Position numbers and translations under genes: made by a program. Shown in pieces: positions 58,584-64,000 of a stretch of DNA of 64,000 nt. The DNA is taken from assembly GCA_963850305.1 (NCBI GenBank), contig CAWKKR010000007.1:896001-960000 (forward strand). The letters are read 5' to 3'. Each line of letters begins with the position of its first letter. Position 1 is the stretch's first letter. The notes beneath the pieces were generated by a model that searched no databases, was not told where the DNA came from, and saw nothing but the letters and a program-made list of their open reading frames with translations. This DNA is from an uncultured delta proteobacterium (GTDB lineage Bacteria > Myxococcota_A > Polyangia > Polyangiales > Polyangiaceae).

Positions 58584-59516
58584 ATGAAGAATGAGACCAG
58601 CAAGCGAGTGGCGGTGGTGACCTTGGGGCTCACGATTGCAGCAGGAGCGCTCGGCTGTAGCCGCGATCACATCGAGGCCATCGATATGTCGAACCTCGGC
58701 GATCAATCGCTGAAGGTGAACGTCGATGGCGCGATCGAAAAGTACGAAGAAGCGACGCGTCTCGACCCGACGAACCACCTGATCTTCGCGAAGCTCGCCA
58801 ACGCGTACCAGAAGAAAGAAGACTGGGACAAGATGGCGTCTACGCTGGCGCATGCGTCGCAGGTGGCGCCGGACTTTGCGAACTATTCTTACAAGCGTGG
58901 TTACGCGCTGATGCAAAAAGCGGCCGCGGGGAACCCCGACGCCTACGAGGAAGCCAAGCAGCCGCTCCAGAAGTGCATCGCGACGGATCCGAACTTCGCG
59001 GAGTGCTACCACGAGCTCGGCACCGCGAATCTCTGGACGGACAATCCCCAGGCCGCGCTAGAGAACTGGACGAAGGCGATCGAGCACGATCCGAACGTCG
59101 GGTATTTCTATCCGCCCCTCGCAGAGACCCTGATCTCGTTCAAGCTGTACGATCAAGCGGAGGGCGTGTTGAAGGAAGGGACGCGGATCATCCAGCCCAC
59201 GGATGATCACAACAAGAACGACCTGTACGGGATGTACGTACTCCTCTCGATGGTGCACCAGGCGCGAGGTGACAAGGAAGCCATGGTGAGCGATCTCGAG
59301 AAGGCGAACGAAATCGACGGAGAGAAGAATCCGGAGATCGGTTTCAATCTGGGAAGCACGTACGCCGTCATGAACCCGCCTCGGAAAGAGAAGGCGGTTC
59401 AGCTCCTCAAAACGTTCACGAAGCGCGTCTGCAAGGGTGCGGAAGCGGCGAAGAAATTCCAGGATCAGTGCGCCACCGCCAACGACTTGATTCAGAAGCT
59501 CGGCGGCACGGAGTGA
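58584..59516 (+). CDS. TPR lipoprotein
   Basis: Lipobox ALGC; TPRs (YEEATRLDP, KCIATDPNFAECYHELG, KAIEHDP). Confidence 0.8.
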   Translation: MKNETSKRVAVVTLGLTIAAGALGCSRDHIEAIDMSNLGDQSLKVNVDGAIEKYEEATRLDPTNHLIFAKLANAYQKKEDWDKMASTLAHASQVAPDFANYSYKRGYALMQKAAAGNPDAYEEAKQPLQKCIATDPNFAECYHELGTANLWTDNPQAALENWTKAIEHDPNVGYFYPPLAETLISFKLYDQAEGVLKEGTRIIQPTDDHNKNDLYGMYVLLSMVHQARGDKEAMVSDLEKANEIDGEKNPEIGFNLGSTYAVMNPPRKEKAVQLLKTFTKRVCKGAEAAKKFQDQCATANDLIQKLGGTE

Positions 59517-59616
59517 CCGGCAAAGGACGCCTTCGTTCCTCGTTCTCGGGGCAGCACGATGCCACCCCGTCTCCGCGGGCGCGGCGTCCACGGCTTTCTA
59601 AGGTGTTCGAGGAAGC

Positions 59617-63999
<4,383 letters not shown>

Positions 64000-64000
64000 A

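Overview
GC-rich window that looks myxobacterial (Myxococcota, probably Polyangiales-like; inferred from gene content, not from a marker tree). Left to right: 3' end of trmFO, hemW, rel (RelA/SpoT), tRNA-Gly(GCC), a protein with a PHAX-type RNA-binding domain, a MYXO-CTERM surface protein and an APS reductase (cysH) with an N-terminal CxxC domain. Next is a regulatory cassette: a His-less histidine kinase, a GAF-AAA+-Fis enhancer-binding protein with GAHSTA in place of GAFTGA, and a Ser/Thr kinase. It carries three sigma54 -24/-12 promoters; two share GTGGCACG-N5-TGCTTG, face outward and lead only to short hairpin-rich non-coding segments (candidate sRNAs). This is the best candidate for an undescribed system. 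An accessory region follows: epimerase, dodecin, delta-60 protein, Tat amidohydrolase, cytochrome-like lipoproteins, PQQ-type dehydrogenase, esterase, a partial ebo cluster (eboD-eboE-eboC, convergent eboF), crotonase, YtkA-like lipoprotein, pentaheme cytochrome c and an unannotated 39-aa membrane peptide. Then frr, a PP2C phosphatase, tRNA-His, an HDAC-family gene and ftsY. The right ~25 kb is a rearranged Glt gliding-motility supercluster (two OM beta-barrels, cglC/gltK-like, gltC-D-E-F-G, a TPR lipoprotein and the giant TPR gltI running off the end). Several small indels (22850, 25670, 27470, 49683, 55535) look like assembly errors. No transposase, integrase, phage or CRISPR was seen. All calls come from reading motifs by eye; no searches were run.
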